DNA of 63,979 nucleotides, the filler included, from Thermoplasmatota archaeon (GTDB taxonomy: Archaea; Thermoplasmatota; E2; JACPAO01; JAHFTW01): the NCBI GenBank assembly GCA_041623215.1. It is 12 parts of 12 records of this genome, joined end to end, with 100 filler letters (N's around TTAATTAATTAA, not from the genome) between each part and the next. Parts side by side here need not be neighbours in the genome. Positions count along the whole stretch, not along the records: positions 11,061 to 16,455 come from JBFJXH010000124.1; positions 16,556 to 21,915 come from JBFJXH010000125.1; 10 more parts are not named here. The stretch is one strand, 5' to 3'. Shown here piece by piece: positions 11,279 through 22,015 of the stretch. The position numbers and the translations under genes are program-made. Positions within the stretch are counted from its first letter, which is position 1; the number at the start of each line of letters is the position of its first letter. The notes below the pieces were generated by a model. That model worked only from the letters and a program-made list of their open reading frames with translations, was not told the origin of the DNA and ran no database searches.

Positions 11279-12223
11279 TGGGCCGGCAGCGGGCTCGCGG
11301 CGACGCGGTGGGCTCGTTCGGGTCGCCAGAATGCGCTTCAGGTCGGCATCAAAACCGGCTTGGAGTTGTGCCCGTAGGTCGTTCTGGGTGAAGGCGTCGG
11401 CGCGCGCCGCAATGACGAGGTGATTCGCCATCGCTCGAGCAATCGGACCTCTCTGCCAGGCCTTGGCCCGATGAATGTGCGGGTGCTGGAACAAAACACC
11501 GTGCTTGGGCGGCTTGGTGCCCTCCTTCAAGTGGCGAAAGAGCGCCGTCTCGGCGCCCAGGGTTTGCATGGTTCCCGAGGGGAACAACGCCAACCGTTGC
11601 AAGCCGCCGGCCTGCGCAATGAGCCGGGCACCCAGCACAGGGCCGGCAATGGCCGCGACGTTCGGTGCCACTTGCTCCATGAGCGTGGCGACGCGCGATT
11701 CAATTGCCCGCCAGGAGGCTTGTACGCCTTGGATAGCGCCTGCATAGCCTTGCACGAGTGCCATGTCTGCAGGGTCCAAGTCGCTGCCAATGCTCGCGGC
11801 GCCAGTTGCCGCCTGTTCCAAGGATGCCATCGCCTTGTCGCGGCCGCCTTCCTCCGCGACGACCCGTGCGAGGTCTTCCGCATCGGGGATTAGGCGCACC
11901 ACTTCTGGAGCGTGCAGTCCGTACCAGTCACGCAAACGCTCCGTGAGCAGGTTGGCCGCCTTGACGAGGTCATCAATGGCTCGCACCTCCTGCGCCAAGA
12001 CCCGGTCGGCTTCGCCGTGGCTGGCGGTGAGGCGCTTGCGAAGCAGCGTCATCGCCGCCACACGCAGCACCTGGGGGTCGGCGTCAGGTGGCAGCGGTTC
12101 AGGTGTCCAGCGCTCCAAGCTCGTTGCACTGCCTGATTGCCCTGCGGCAGTCGCTGCGCCATCCAGGATGCCGACGACTGCTTCGACATCATTGCCGCCT
12201 TGGAACCACACGGGACGTGCCAC
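11061..12223 (-). CDS. nop5: Nop5 (Nop56/58) box C/D sRNP protein with RGG-repeat tail; 3' partial
   Basis: NLLTERLRDWYGLHAPE, APNVAAIAGPVLGARLIAQAGGL, QTLGAETALFRHL, PPKHGVLFQHP. Confidence 0.93.
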
Positions 12224-12288
12224 GAGTCGTCCACATTGGTTGGTGGGATAAGCGCTGGGTTCAACACCGGGTCCGGGGTGCCGGCGGC

Positions 12289-13377
12289 GTGGTCCTGTAT
12301 GGTGTGGCCCGAAGCGTCCTGTTTCGACTGCCGCCAGCCGCCGCCCAGCGCCTCGCTGACAAGTACCTAGCCGCAGCTGGGGCTACCGCGATTGGGCGAG
12401 CCTCACTGGCCGTCCACGCCGGCGGCTGCTACGACCAGCGCCTTGCCGTCTCGGCTGCAGGAATCCACTTTGCCAACCCCCTCGGGGTGGCTGGCGGTGT
12501 AGACAAGAATGCCAAGCTCTACCAGGCGTTAGGCGCCCTAGGCTTTGGCCATGTCGAGTTGGGAACCGTCACCCCCCGGCCCCAAGAGCCCAACCCCGGT
12601 CGGATTCTTTGGCGTGCGCCCTCGGATGAAGGGTTGGTCAATGCGATGGGCTTTCCCAATGAAGGCATGGATGCCGTTGCGAGCCGCCTACAGGCGACGC
12701 TGCCCGTCGCGCCGGGAAAGGACGAGGGTCGCCGGCTCGTCCTGGGGCTCAATGTCGGTCCGAATCGAGACCGCCTGGAGCATCTCGATGAAGAATTAGC
12801 GATGCTTGTTCCCAAGCTTTCGCCGCTTGGCGACTACCTAGCGCTCAACCTGTCAAGCCCCAACACTAGTGGCTTGCGGGCCCTATTGGAACCATCCAAC
12901 GTTGCTCGAAGCGTCGGCCACGCCGCGTCGCTACTGGATGACCACGCACCGGGCCGGCCACTACTTGTCAAAGCGAGCCCCGACTGCACCGACGAGCAAC
13001 TAACTGGCCTAGCGAAGGCCGCAGTTGATGCGGGCGCGGCCGGCATCATTGCAACTAACACAACGGTGGACCGTCCACCGCACCTAGCACACTTGGACAA
13101 GGGTGGCTTGTCCGGCAAGCCGCTGGCGAAGAGGGCGCTTCACTGTACGGGCGTGGTCCGACAAGCGATTGGCAGCAACGGTGTCGTGGTGGGCGTCGGG
13201 GGCATCTTCACCGGTGCAGACGTGGCAGCACGCATGGCGGCCGGAGCCGACCTCGTGCAAGCCTACACGGGTTTTGTGTATCGAGGACCGGGCTTTGCCG
13301 GCCTCGTCTGCCGCGAACTCCTCGACGAATTGAACCGGCGGGGCTTGGACCGCGCCGAGGAATTGCGGGCTACCTAG
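12289..13377 (+). CDS. pyrD: Dihydroorotate dehydrogenase (quinone-dependent, class 2)
   Basis: NPLGVAGGVDKN, ELGTVTPRPQ, NAMGFPNEG, NLSSPNT, GGLSGKPL, VQAYTGFVYRGP; GTG start inferred. Confidence 0.93.
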   Translation: MVLYGVARSVLFRLPPAAAQRLADKYLAAAGATAIGRASLAVHAGGCYDQRLAVSAAGIHFANPLGVAGGVDKNAKLYQALGALGFGHVELGTVTPRPQEPNPGRILWRAPSDEGLVNAMGFPNEGMDAVASRLQATLPVAPGKDEGRRLVLGLNVGPNRDRLEHLDEELAMLVPKLSPLGDYLALNLSSPNTSGLRALLEPSNVARSVGHAASLLDDHAPGRPLLVKASPDCTDEQLTGLAKAAVDAGAAGIIATNTTVDRPPHLAHLDKGGLSGKPLAKRALHCTGVVRQAIGSNGVVVGVGGIFTGADVAARMAAGADLVQAYTGFVYRGPGFAGLVCRELLDELNRRGLDRAEELRAT

Positions 13378-14146
13378 TGGCCGCCTTTTCCAGGCTCCGG
13401 GACGCGTGGGGCTGCGATGGCAGGCGCCCCTTGGCCAGGCCTTGGAGCCATGCCTCGGCTTCTTGCCAGCGCGGATAGCGGCGCTCCGCCTGCCGGAAGG
13501 CGCGCGTGTGCACGCGCCGCCGGCCCGATTGGCCGCTGCCCGCTTCGGGCGGGTACACGATGTGCAGAATCTCGTGGTAAACGACGAAGTCCAGCACCCA
13601 TTCTGGTACGTTGGCGTCGTCAAGAACGCGGCTAATCACAATGGCGTCGTGGGATGGATCGTGATGCCCAAATCGCCGCCGGCTGGCCGTTGGACTCCAG
13701 CCAAGATTAGGTGGCCGGTGGCGAGGCAGGTTCATGTCCAAACAAACGCGCAGGTACGATTCCCGGAGACTTCGATGGGCGCCTTCGGCCTCCATCACTT
13801 TGCGGCCCCGGCTGCGCTTGCTGGCCCTCCGGGTCTGGGTTAACGGCTCGCTGTGTAGGTGGTCGCGGTAGGCGGCGATGTCGGCTGCGGCGCAGGCGGG
13901 CTCCGGTTTCCTGTGCAGTCTCGCCACCAAGACGACCATCAACCCTCGCATCACCTCGTCGGGGGCTTGTCGAAGGTGGTCGCTGACCCTAATCTTGGTG
14001 GCTCCATCCCTGATGCGGATGGTGCTTTTGGTGCTCACATAGGGGTAGTGTGAGACGTGCACATCGCGTTGCGGCACGTGGCCTAGCACCACGCGGTGTG
14101 CCGCCATGGCAAAGGGTGTGAGGTGCGGTGCTGCCTGCTCGCCCAC
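13370..14146 (-). CDS. YgjP/SprT-like zinc metallopeptidase (DUF45-like)
   Basis: VVYHEILH HExxH motif, downstream HTRAFR, ISRVLD; start uncertain (14146 GTG or 14107 ATG). Confidence 0.75.
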   Translation of the reverse strand: MGEQAAPHLTPFAMAAHRVVLGHVPQRDVHVSHYPYVSTKSTIRIRDGATKIRVSDHLRQAPDEVMRGLMVVLVARLHRKPEPACAAADIAAYRDHLHSEPLTQTRRASKRSRGRKVMEAEGAHRSLRESYLRVCLDMNLPRHRPPNLGWSPTASRRRFGHHDPSHDAIVISRVLDDANVPEWVLDFVVYHEILHIVYPPEAGSGQSGRRRVHTRAFRQAERRYPRWQEAEAWLQGLAKGRLPSQPHASRSLEKAATR

Positions 14147-14286
14147 ACGCTTGACGCCGGCCGACCTTACTTGACTTGGTCGAAACGCAACGGCCGAGTG
14201 CGGCGGTAACGCAACCCGGTTGGCGATGCAGCAGCCCCGGGGCGTTGGGTGCCGCAGGGCCATCTGGAGGATGCGGAGGGCAGGCG

Positions 14287-15297
14287 TCAGGAGGAGACGA
14301 AGCAATCGATGACGGCGGCTTCTGCCTCCCCCCACGCGATGGGGATTTGCTTCCAGGAGTCGGACCGCAGGTCGCCGATGGCGTAGGCCCCCTTGATGAC
14401 GTTCCCCTCGCCGGTAAGGAGGCGCCCATCCCGGTCTGTCTTGACGAATCCATCAGCGTCCAGGGCAGCGCCCAGTTGCAGTGCCTGTTCGTTGTTGACT
14501 TTGTACCAACCCATGCTAATCCATGCCTTGTCGAATCGTTCCTCGCTGCCGTCACTAAACCGGATGCCAAACTGGCCGTCGCGGATGCCTGTGAACTCGG
14601 CAATGTCGCCGCGGAGTACGGGAATATCCCGCTTGGCTAATCGCGCGGCAATGTCATCCCAATGCTCGTTGGAGTGTTCGGCCCCGTCAGGGTGGCCGAG
14701 ATTGCAGGCCGCCACGACCGCGGTGTCGGCGCCAAAGTTTCGCTTGAGACTGGAGGCGATGCCGGCCGCCCCGGCCCCGCAGCCGAGTACGGCCACGCGC
14801 TTGTTCTCCACTGTGTGGCCGTCGCACAGTAGACAATAGTCGGCCAGACCCTTGTTGGCGTATGGCAGCACGGCCTCAATGTCGCGCTTGCGAAAGTCCC
14901 TCAGCCGTGGTTGGCCATCGACGCAACCCGTCGCCAGGATGACGTGCTTCGCGTGGGCTTGCACAGTGGCGTCATTTTTCGCCGTGGCGGCCACGATGAA
15001 TCCCCCCTCCGGACTACGAGTCACTGATGTGACCGCTGTGTCTTCGTGGATGGTTACGAAATCCCGTCCGACGTCGGCATGGACTTGCGTGATGAAGTCG
15101 TAGCCTGATGCCACCAGGTCGCGGCCCGCGACGCCATGGCGGCCTGGCACGTTGTCCACCTTGGGTGACCAATAGATGCGGCTGAACCGCCGGCCTTTGT
15201 CAAACAACACTGCCGTGCGAAAAAGGAGGGCGGCTTTTGCGGCCGCGTGCAGGCCGGCGGGTCCACCCCCAACAATCGCTACGTCGTAGGAGTCCAC
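14287..15297 (-). CDS. Thioredoxin-reductase-like NAD(P)/FAD oxidoreductase
   Basis: GGGPAG FAD motif, ILATG, YCLLCDG CxxC, VLGCGAGA, YAIGD. Confidence 0.88.
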   Translation of the reverse strand: MDSYDVAIVGGGPAGLHAAAKAALLFRTAVLFDKGRRFSRIYWSPKVDNVPGRHGVAGRDLVASGYDFITQVHADVGRDFVTIHEDTAVTSVTRSPEGGFIVAATAKNDATVQAHAKHVILATGCVDGQPRLRDFRKRDIEAVLPYANKGLADYCLLCDGHTVENKRVAVLGCGAGAAGIASSLKRNFGADTAVVAACNLGHPDGAEHSNEHWDDIAARLAKRDIPVLRGDIAEFTGIRDGQFGIRFSDGSEERFDKAWISMGWYKVNNEQALQLGAALDADGFVKTDRDGRLLTGEGNVIKGAYAIGDLRSDSWKQIPIAWGEAEAAVIDCFVSS

Positions 15298-15341
15298 GCA
15301 CTACGTAGGCCATCGCCACACTTGGGTTTGTGCAACCGTGA

Positions 15342-16455
15342 CTAGAGCAAGGCACGCAGGAATCGCATGGTGCTGGATGCGACCTCTTTGATGGTGTGGC
15401 CTGCTCCCGTCAGCGAGTCTTGAATGGGCCGAAGCAGGCGGCCAACAGGGTCTGCCGTGACCGGTGGGTCGTGGGGTGCAGGTGCTTCGATGAGCACTGG
15501 CTGCGCCCCGGTGGCTGGCTCCAGCAGATGGGGCGCTGCGGCCGGGTCTGCCTTGGGCGCTGCGGTTGTTCGGTCGAAGCTGGCGTCGCTTAGGTCCGCC
15601 GAAGGCAGTTCGCCTTGGCCGCTGCTCGCTTGACCGGTCGCGTGGTGGTCTAGGGCCATGGGTGGATGCCATGATGATGTGGACATGCCCGGAGCGTGGC
15701 GCCAGGCGTCGAGCGAGGGCCCCATCGGGAGCCGCGGGGGTGCCAAGAAATCGGCCTTAGGCTCCGGGTGTTCAAAGGGGTCTTCACTGCTGTCCCACTG
15801 CATGCCGGTTGCGCCCTTGGGGAAAATGGAGTCGTCGGTGACGTTGTACAATGAGCCCTCGCGATAGCGATCGGTCCCCTGGCGGTCCCATAGGAGGCCG
15901 CCGAAGCCCAACTGGGTGCTGAAGGTGCACTCAAACGTTGCCTGTACGCCAACGCGGTCGCAATACGGGCGCGCGTCAGCGGCTCCATTGGTGCCGATGA
16001 GGCCGGTGGCCACGTATTCATCGTTCCCCGCTTCGTCCAGCAGAAATCCAGCGCCCATCGCAAAGCCGCCGCCGTTAACGCCCCAGCGGTTGGCTTCGTA
16101 ATAGTCGTGGCCGGCCAGGTCGATGAGATGGCCCAAACCGCCGGCCGCTCCGCCGCCATTGCCGCCTTCGTCGGCGTCCAAGTAGCGGTCGTTGCCGGAT
16201 GTGTCCAACAGCAGGCCGACGGCATGCGTTCGTGCGCCACCGTTGCTGCCATGGCCCTGAGCTTCGTACAGGTCATCGCCGCCACCGTCGTACAGGAAGC
16301 CCGTGGCGAACCGGTACCCGCCGCCGTTGACGCCACTGGAACCCGCCCGGTAGGTGTCATCGCCTTCCAAATCCATGAGGAAGCCGCGGGATTGCGCATC
16401 GCCGCCGCCGATGGCTCCTAGACCGAAGGCTTCGTAGCGGTCGTTGCCCCAAGAG
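15342..16455 (-). CDS. Repeat-rich extracellular protein (Gly-rich LxDxxGxDxY repeats); 5' partial
   Basis: At least 6 repeats of G.NGG...G.G.L.D..G.D.Y. Confidence 0.7.
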
Positions 16456-16555
16456 NNNNNNNNNNNNNNNNNNNNNNNNNNNNNNNNNNNNNNNNNNNNT
16501 TAATTAATTAANNNNNNNNNNNNNNNNNNNNNNNNNNNNNNNNNNNNNNNNNNNN

Positions 16556-16608
16556 CCCGGTCCGCGCTTCTTGCCCGGCTTGATTTTTCGACGCCTTCGA
16601 CGTGCCAC
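16556..16608 (-). CDS. N-terminus of a basic protein (MARRRRRKIKPGKKRGP), truncated by contig end
   Basis: GTG at 16608 with an AT-rich CTTAATA box about 22 nt upstream; not in the ORF track. Confidence 0.4.
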
Positions 16609-16746
16609 TAAGCGGGCCAAGGGGCCTCGTATTAAGAGGCCAGGGGTCGCGGCCACTTACGGGAAGGCTTCGCCGGATGGCGTTAGGACAGCGTTTCCGG
16701 CCCCCGCAGCACCACCCTTACAAGAGATGCCCAAGTGGCCCGCCTC

Positions 16747-18012
16747 ATGCAGGCCCTGCAAGGCACTCCCGAATCCACTCCTGAACTACTCGAGGAAGGC
16801 ATTCGCCGCATCGAATGGGCCCGCGCGCACATGGGCGTGGTTGGCGCAATTCGCACGCGGTTCGAGGACGAACAACCGTTCGCAGGACTTCGCATCAGCA
16901 TGGCGCTGCATGTGGAAGCCAAAACCTGCAACCTGGCCTTGGCATTGCAGGCCGGTGGTGCTGATGTGCGTCTCGTCGGGTGCAACCCCGACTCCACCGA
17001 TGACCGCGTGGTTGTCGCCATGAATGAGCACTACAACCTGCCCACGCAGGCCCGCAAGGGCCAGAACCGCGACGAATACTACGCTGCGCTGCATTGGGCC
17101 CTCGACCACAAGCCGCACCTCGTCATTGACGACGGAGGCGACCTGGGATTCCTTGCCCACACCGAGCGCACGGATGCCCTAGAACACATCAAGGGCGGTG
17201 CAGAAGAAACCACCACGGGCGTCATCCGGTTCGAGGCGATGCACGAGGAAGGCAAGCTACGCTTCCCCGTGCTCAACGTCAACGACGCACTGATGAAGCA
17301 CCTGTTCGACAATCGCTACGGCACCGGCCAATCGACGTTTGACGGCATCATGCACGCCACCAACCTCGTCATTGCCGGCAAGAACATCACCGTCGCCGGA
17401 TATGGCTGGTGTGGTCGCGGCATCGCCATGCGGGCCAAGGGTCTGGGGGCCACCGTCACCGTCACCGAAATCGACCCCGTTCGCGCCATTGAGGCGCGCA
17501 TGGACGGCCACCACGTTGCGCCCATGGCCCAAGCGTGCAAGGACGCAGACTTCATCATCACGTCCACGGGATGCCTCGACATCATTGACGACCGGCACGT
17601 GGCGCTTCTCAAGGACCAGGTGGTCCTGGCCAACGCCGGCCACTTTGACAACGAAATCAACAAACCGGCACTCGAGGCCAACGCGGCCAACATCGAAACC
17701 GTGCGCGAAGGCGTCAAGGCCTACACGCAAAAGGACGGCCGCGTCCTCTACCTCATCTCGGATGGTCGTCTTGTCAACCTCGCATCGGGGCAAGGGCATC
17801 CCGTCGAGATCATGGACACCAGCTTTGCCGTACAGGCGCTCGGCCTGGAATGGGTGCACAAGAACGACGGTTTAGCGCCCGGCGTGTACAACTTGCCAGA
17901 TGAGCTGGACCAAGAGATTGCCCGAGTCAAGCTGGCGACGTTGGGGATTGGGCTCGATGAGTTGACGCCGGAGCAGAGGGCCTACCTGGAAACGTGGGAA
18001 CACGGCACCTAG
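16747..18012 (+). CDS. ahcY: S-adenosylhomocysteine hydrolase
   Basis: ALHVEAKT, DDGGD, EETTTG, KHLFDNRYGTGQS, GYGWCGRG, NAGHFD, GRLVNL, GHP. Confidence 0.97.
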   Translation: MQALQGTPESTPELLEEGIRRIEWARAHMGVVGAIRTRFEDEQPFAGLRISMALHVEAKTCNLALALQAGGADVRLVGCNPDSTDDRVVVAMNEHYNLPTQARKGQNRDEYYAALHWALDHKPHLVIDDGGDLGFLAHTERTDALEHIKGGAEETTTGVIRFEAMHEEGKLRFPVLNVNDALMKHLFDNRYGTGQSTFDGIMHATNLVIAGKNITVAGYGWCGRGIAMRAKGLGATVTVTEIDPVRAIEARMDGHHVAPMAQACKDADFIITSTGCLDIIDDRHVALLKDQVVLANAGHFDNEINKPALEANAANIETVREGVKAYTQKDGRVLYLISDGRLVNLASGQGHPVEIMDTSFAVQALGLEWVHKNDGLAPGVYNLPDELDQEIARVKLATLGIGLDELTPEQRAYLETWEHGT

Positions 18013-18305
18013 GTGCTCGCCTTAGCCACCCATTCCCGCAACTCGTCCTCCTCGGCAACCAATTCTTGCGCGACGGTCACCCAACCCTTCATGCCTTTGC
18101 CGCCACCGGGAGCAAAGCGCTCCACGCCGTCCTCCGCAAGCGCCGCGTCCGTGCCGTCGCCCGTCTTGACCATGAGGCGGTCGCCGCTGACCCCGGCGAC
18201 CATGACATCATCTAGGTAGAACCCGTAGCCGCCAAACATCTTCCTGCCCCTGCCCTCCGGGAACGCGTCGTGGAGGCGTTGCGCGAGCACTTCGTCGTAG
18301 GCCAC
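18009..18305 (-). CDS. TfoX/Sxy N-terminal domain protein
   Basis: MAYDEVLAQRL, RKMFGGYGF, MKGWVTV, LREWV. Confidence 0.85.
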   Translation of the reverse strand: MAYDEVLAQRLHDAFPEGRGRKMFGGYGFYLDDVMVAGVSGDRLMVKTGDGTDAALAEDGVERFAPGGGKGMKGWVTVAQELVAEEDELREWVAKAST

Positions 18306-18399
18306 AGCCGGGCATTGCGATGAATGGCTTTCAGACCGCTGGTGCGACTTGGGCGCAGGGGCTTCGGGGCCTCGGGGGGTGGGCCCCCCATCCCTGGCC

Positions 18400-18405
18400 T
18401 TTTAA
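18400..18405 (+). promoter_or_regulatory. Putative TATA box for lonB (leaderless)
   Basis: TTTTAA in GC-rich context about 26 nt before ATG 18432. Confidence 0.5.
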
Positions 18406-18431
18406 CAAAGAGGTGCGTCGCAAGGCCATTC

Positions 18432-20570
18432 ATGAGTGACGGGGCCGCCGGAACCGACGACTCATCCGCCCTTCCTGGGTCTAGCAAGGGTGCGCAGCCT
18501 GATGTCCCTGATGCGATGGCCCATGGTGGCGACGACGCGCCTCCCTCGGAGTCCGCTAAGGAATCAATCCCGGCCGGGACAAACGGGTCGTCCAAGAAAC
18601 CGGCAGCTGCGGCTGTCGAACCCAGCGGGCCGTTAGCGCCACCCCAGGAGTGGATTGACTCACAGCCGTTCGAAACAACGGCCGACATTCACGTTCCCGA
18701 CAAGCTCCTTGAACAGGTAATTGGCCAGGACCACGCGGTCACGGTCGTACGCAAGGCTGCCGAGCAAAAACGCCACGTGATGATGGTGGGCGACCCCGGC
18801 ACCGGGAAATCCATGCTCGCTCGTGCCATGACGGAATTCCTTCCCAAGGAGGAGTTGGAAGACGTCATTGCTTACCCCAACAATGAGGATCAGAACGTTC
18901 CGCGCGTCCGGGTCGTTCCGGCCGGTAAGGGCAAGGAGATTGTGGACGCCCAGAAGTTCGAGGCGCGAAAGCGCCAGGAGCAGCGTGGCTTCCTGATGAT
19001 GGCGCTTGCGCTGTCGGTCATTGGCCTAGCCGTCATCATTGCGCTTCGCACCGGCGACATGCGCCTCATCTTCTACGGCATCATCGGCGGGCTGCTGTTC
19101 TTCCTACTGTTTCGCAACATGGGCATGCAGCGACCCACGCAACTCGTTCCCAAACTGCTCGTGGGCCATGACCCCGATGAAAATCCCCCGTTTACCGATG
19201 CCACGGCAGCACACAGCGGCGCTTTGCTTGGCGATGTCCGTCACGACCCCTTCCAAGCTGGCGGCCTTGAGACCCCGGCACATGACCGCGTCGAAGCGGG
19301 TGCCATTCACAAGGCGCATCGTGGCGTGCTCTACATTGACGAAATCAACACGCTTCACATCACCAGCCAGCAGCACTTGCTGACGGCCATCCAGGAGAAG
19401 AAGTTCCAGATTACGGGCCAGTCGGAGCGCTCCAGCGGCGCCATGGTCAAAACCGAACCCGTGCCGTGCGACTTCATTCTCATTGCAGCAGGCAACCTCG
19501 ATGCCTTGCAAGGAATGCACCCGGCCCTGCGCAGCCGTATTCGTGGCTATGGGTACGAAGTGTACGTTCGCGACCAGATGAACGACACGCACGAGAATCG
19601 CGTCAAGCTATGCCGCTTCGTCGCGCAAGAAGTATCCAAGGAGCGGGAAAAGATTCCCCACTTTGACCGCGCGGGAGTGGCGCAGATTATCCACGAGGCC
19701 CAGCGGCGTGCGGGCCGCAAGGGCAAGCTAACGCTGCGCTTGCGGGAACTGGGTGGCCTGGTCCGCGTCGCGGGTGACCTAGCGCATGAAGAGGGTGCCC
19801 CCGTTGCCTCCTCCGACCACGTGCTACGGGCCAAGAGTATCGCCCGCAGCTTGGAGCAACAAATCGCCGATCGTGGCATTGAGCACAAGCAGCAGTACAA
19901 TCTCATCCGCACCACCGGCGAACTGGTCGGGGTTGTCAACGGCCTGGCCGTTTTCAGCGCCGATCCCAGCATGTCTGAATTCTCCGGCTTGGTGATGGAA
20001 ATTGATGCCAACGTTACGCCCGCCAGCAGCCGCGGCGAAGGCCGCGTCATTGCAACCGGGAAGCTTGGTGAAATCGCCAAGGAGGCGGTGCAAAACATCT
20101 CCGCCATCATCAAGAAGTTCGTCGGCGAAGACGTTGCTAACCACGATGTGCACGTACAATTCATCCTTACGCATGAGGGCGTGGAGGGCGACTCGGCCAG
20201 CGTTTCCATTGCCACAGCGGTCATGAGCGCCTTGACTGGCGTGCCCATCCGGCAAGACGTTGCCATGACTGGCAGCCTGAGCGTGCATGGCCTGGTGCTG
20301 CCCGTGGGCGGCGTTACCGCGAAGATTGAGGCGGCGGCCAAGACCGGCATCAAGAAGGTCCTGGTGCCCAAGGCAAACATCATTGATGTGCTCATTGAGG
20401 ACGAGTACCTTGACCGCATCGAAGTTGTTCCTTGCGATACGTTGCACGATGTCATTGCGCATGCACTGGTTGACAGCCCTGCCAAGGACGAGCTCCTTCG
20501 CAAGCTGAGCGACTTAGAGAAGCGACTTGCAGGCGGGCCCACCGCCCCGAAGCCGTTGCAGCGGTCCTGA
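18432..20570 (+). CDS. lonB: Archaeal membrane-anchored Lon protease
   Basis: Walker A GDPGTGKS, two TM helices in the AAA domain, LYIDEI, VEGDSAS catalytic Ser, VGGVTAK catalytic Lys. Confidence 0.97.
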   Translation: MSDGAAGTDDSSALPGSSKGAQPDVPDAMAHGGDDAPPSESAKESIPAGTNGSSKKPAAAAVEPSGPLAPPQEWIDSQPFETTADIHVPDKLLEQVIGQDHAVTVVRKAAEQKRHVMMVGDPGTGKSMLARAMTEFLPKEELEDVIAYPNNEDQNVPRVRVVPAGKGKEIVDAQKFEARKRQEQRGFLMMALALSVIGLAVIIALRTGDMRLIFYGIIGGLLFFLLFRNMGMQRPTQLVPKLLVGHDPDENPPFTDATAAHSGALLGDVRHDPFQAGGLETPAHDRVEAGAIHKAHRGVLYIDEINTLHITSQQHLLTAIQEKKFQITGQSERSSGAMVKTEPVPCDFILIAAGNLDALQGMHPALRSRIRGYGYEVYVRDQMNDTHENRVKLCRFVAQEVSKEREKIPHFDRAGVAQIIHEAQRRAGRKGKLTLRLRELGGLVRVAGDLAHEEGAPVASSDHVLRAKSIARSLEQQIADRGIEHKQQYNLIRTTGELVGVVNGLAVFSADPSMSEFSGLVMEIDANVTPASSRGEGRVIATGKLGEIAKEAVQNISAIIKKFVGEDVANHDVHVQFILTHEGVEGDSASVSIATAVMSALTGVPIRQDVAMTGSLSVHGLVLPVGGVTAKIEAAAKTGIKKVLVPKANIIDVLIEDEYLDRIEVVPCDTLHDVIAHALVDSPAKDELLRKLSDLEKRLAGGPTAPKPLQRS

Positions 20571-21109
20571 TGCAGGCCGGCGCTCCCTCGCCCAAGGCTC
20601 CAACTGACCGCGTCACCCGAATTCTCGTCGTGGGGCGCTTTCAGCCGCTGCACCACGGCCATGCGTCCCTCCTGTCGGCGGCCCAAGCGGCCTGCGACCA
20701 ACTGGTGGTCGCGCTTGGCTCCAGTAACGCCCCCTCCGGGCCCCGCCACCCATTCGACGACGCGGAGCGGACGCACATGCTTCGACGCATCGTCCCCCAC
20801 GCGGTCATTGTCCCGGTCACGGACCTGAATGACCCTCCGCGATGGGCCAAGCACTGCCTGGACGCTACGGGGCCAGTGGACGCAGTGTGGGGCCATGACG
20901 CCTCGCCCCTGGAGCTGTTTCGAGAAGTGGGCATGGCCGTCCACCGGGTCCCCGAGATTGAGCGGCACCGATACCAAGGCAGCATCATTCGCCACCAAAT
21001 GGCTGCGGGGGACAATTCCTGGCGAGAGGCCGTGCCTGCTGAGGTGGCTCATTACCTGGATTCCATCGAAGCACCCAAGCGCCTGGAGCGCCTGTTAGGT
21101 TCGGGGTAG
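20570..21109 (+). CDS. nadM: Nicotinamide-mononucleotide adenylyltransferase (archaeal NMNAT)
   Basis: VGRFQPLHHGH, GSS, PF..ER..M, IR..M..G..W..VP; TGATG overlap with lonB. Confidence 0.85.
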   Translation: MQAGAPSPKAPTDRVTRILVVGRFQPLHHGHASLLSAAQAACDQLVVALGSSNAPSGPRHPFDDAERTHMLRRIVPHAVIVPVTDLNDPPRWAKHCLDATGPVDAVWGHDASPLELFREVGMAVHRVPEIERHRYQGSIIRHQMAAGDNSWREAVPAEVAHYLDSIEAPKRLERLLGSG

Positions 21110-21113
21110 TGTC

Positions 21114-21596
21114 TTGGTTGAAATTGCATGGCGCGTCGTTGAGACGCTTCGCAAGGAAGGAAAACGAATGGCGGTGGCAGAGTCCTGCACCGGGGGGGCG
21201 CTGGGGGCGGCCCTTGTGGATGTGCCGGGTGCTAGCCATGCCTTTGTGGGGGGCGTCATTGCTTACTCCAACAAGATGAAGCAGGACCTGCTGGACGTTC
21301 CAGCCGAGGTATTGGCGCCTGGTGGGCCGGGCGCAGTGAGCCAGGCCTGCGTGGTGCATATGGCGCGTGGGGCTCGCCTTCGCTGCGGGGCGGACCTAGC
21401 TGTCGCGGTAAGCGGCATTGCCGGGCCCGGCCGGGCGGGAACCAGCAAACCGGTGGGTGAGGTTTGGTTGGCCCTCAGCCGAGGCGATGGGCATCCTTTG
21501 ACCCAATGCCTGCAATTGGAAGGCAATCGTGCACAGGTGAGGGCCGAAGCGGTCCGCCGCGCACTCGATATGGTGTACCTGGCGCTGCGCGAGTAA
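21114..21596 (+). CDS. pncC: CinA C-terminal domain / NMN deamidase
   Basis: AVAESCTGG, PGAS, YSN..K, GAVS, SGIAGP, KPVG. Confidence 0.9.
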   Translation: MVEIAWRVVETLRKEGKRMAVAESCTGGALGAALVDVPGASHAFVGGVIAYSNKMKQDLLDVPAEVLAPGGPGAVSQACVVHMARGARLRCGADLAVAVSGIAGPGRAGTSKPVGEVWLALSRGDGHPLTQCLQLEGNRAQVRAEAVRRALDMVYLALRE

Positions 21597-21630
21597 TCCC
21601 GGCTCGTCGACGCGGCCCCTGGTCGATTCC

Positions 21631-21915
21631 TTACGCCTGTTCGTCGGGAACATCCGGCTCGGGACCGGCTGCTCGCAGCTTCATTTCGGGAACATCCCAA
21701 TACATGCCATTGGTGGCCGAGGTGCTTTGGGCCACCACCTCGCCCGATACGCCGCCTGTAATGGTGACGGGGCCGGCACTGTAGACGGGGATGCCGGCCA
21801 ACACGGACCGCGTTTCGTCCTGGATGTTGAGCCAGGTGGCGTTGCCGTCGTGACGGTGCAACCGGTATTCGAGTCCGATTCCGATGGCGTTGTCCTGTTC
21901 GGCAATGCCGGGCGC
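21631..21915 (-). CDS. Hypothetical protein C-terminus (5' partial)
   Basis: Frame open to contig end (APGIAEQDNAIGIGLEYRLH...). Confidence 0.5.
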   Translation of the reverse strand, partial: APGIAEQDNAIGIGLEYRLHRHDGNATWLNIQDETRSVLAGIPVYSAGPVTITGGVSGEVVAQSTSATNGMYWDVPEMKLRAAGPEPDVPDEQA

Positions 21916-22015
21916 NNNNNNNNNNNNNNNNNNNNNNNNNNNNNNNNNNNNNNNNNNNNTTAATTAATTAANNNNNNNNNNNNNNNNNNNNNNNNNNNNN
22001 NNNNNNNNNNNNNNN

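Noticed and set aside
11005..11279. Alternative-frame ORFs (AEADAEAEAD..., RRTRRPRR...) and a possible CRISPR array
   Set aside because: These are frames of the 66-nt nop5 coding repeat; there are no unique spacers.
19547..21052. 501-aa minus-strand ORF
   Set aside because: Antisense shadow of lonB/nadM in GC-rich DNA. The same applies to 27440-28663, 34700-35845, 55787-56986, 57451-58521 and 60026-61528.
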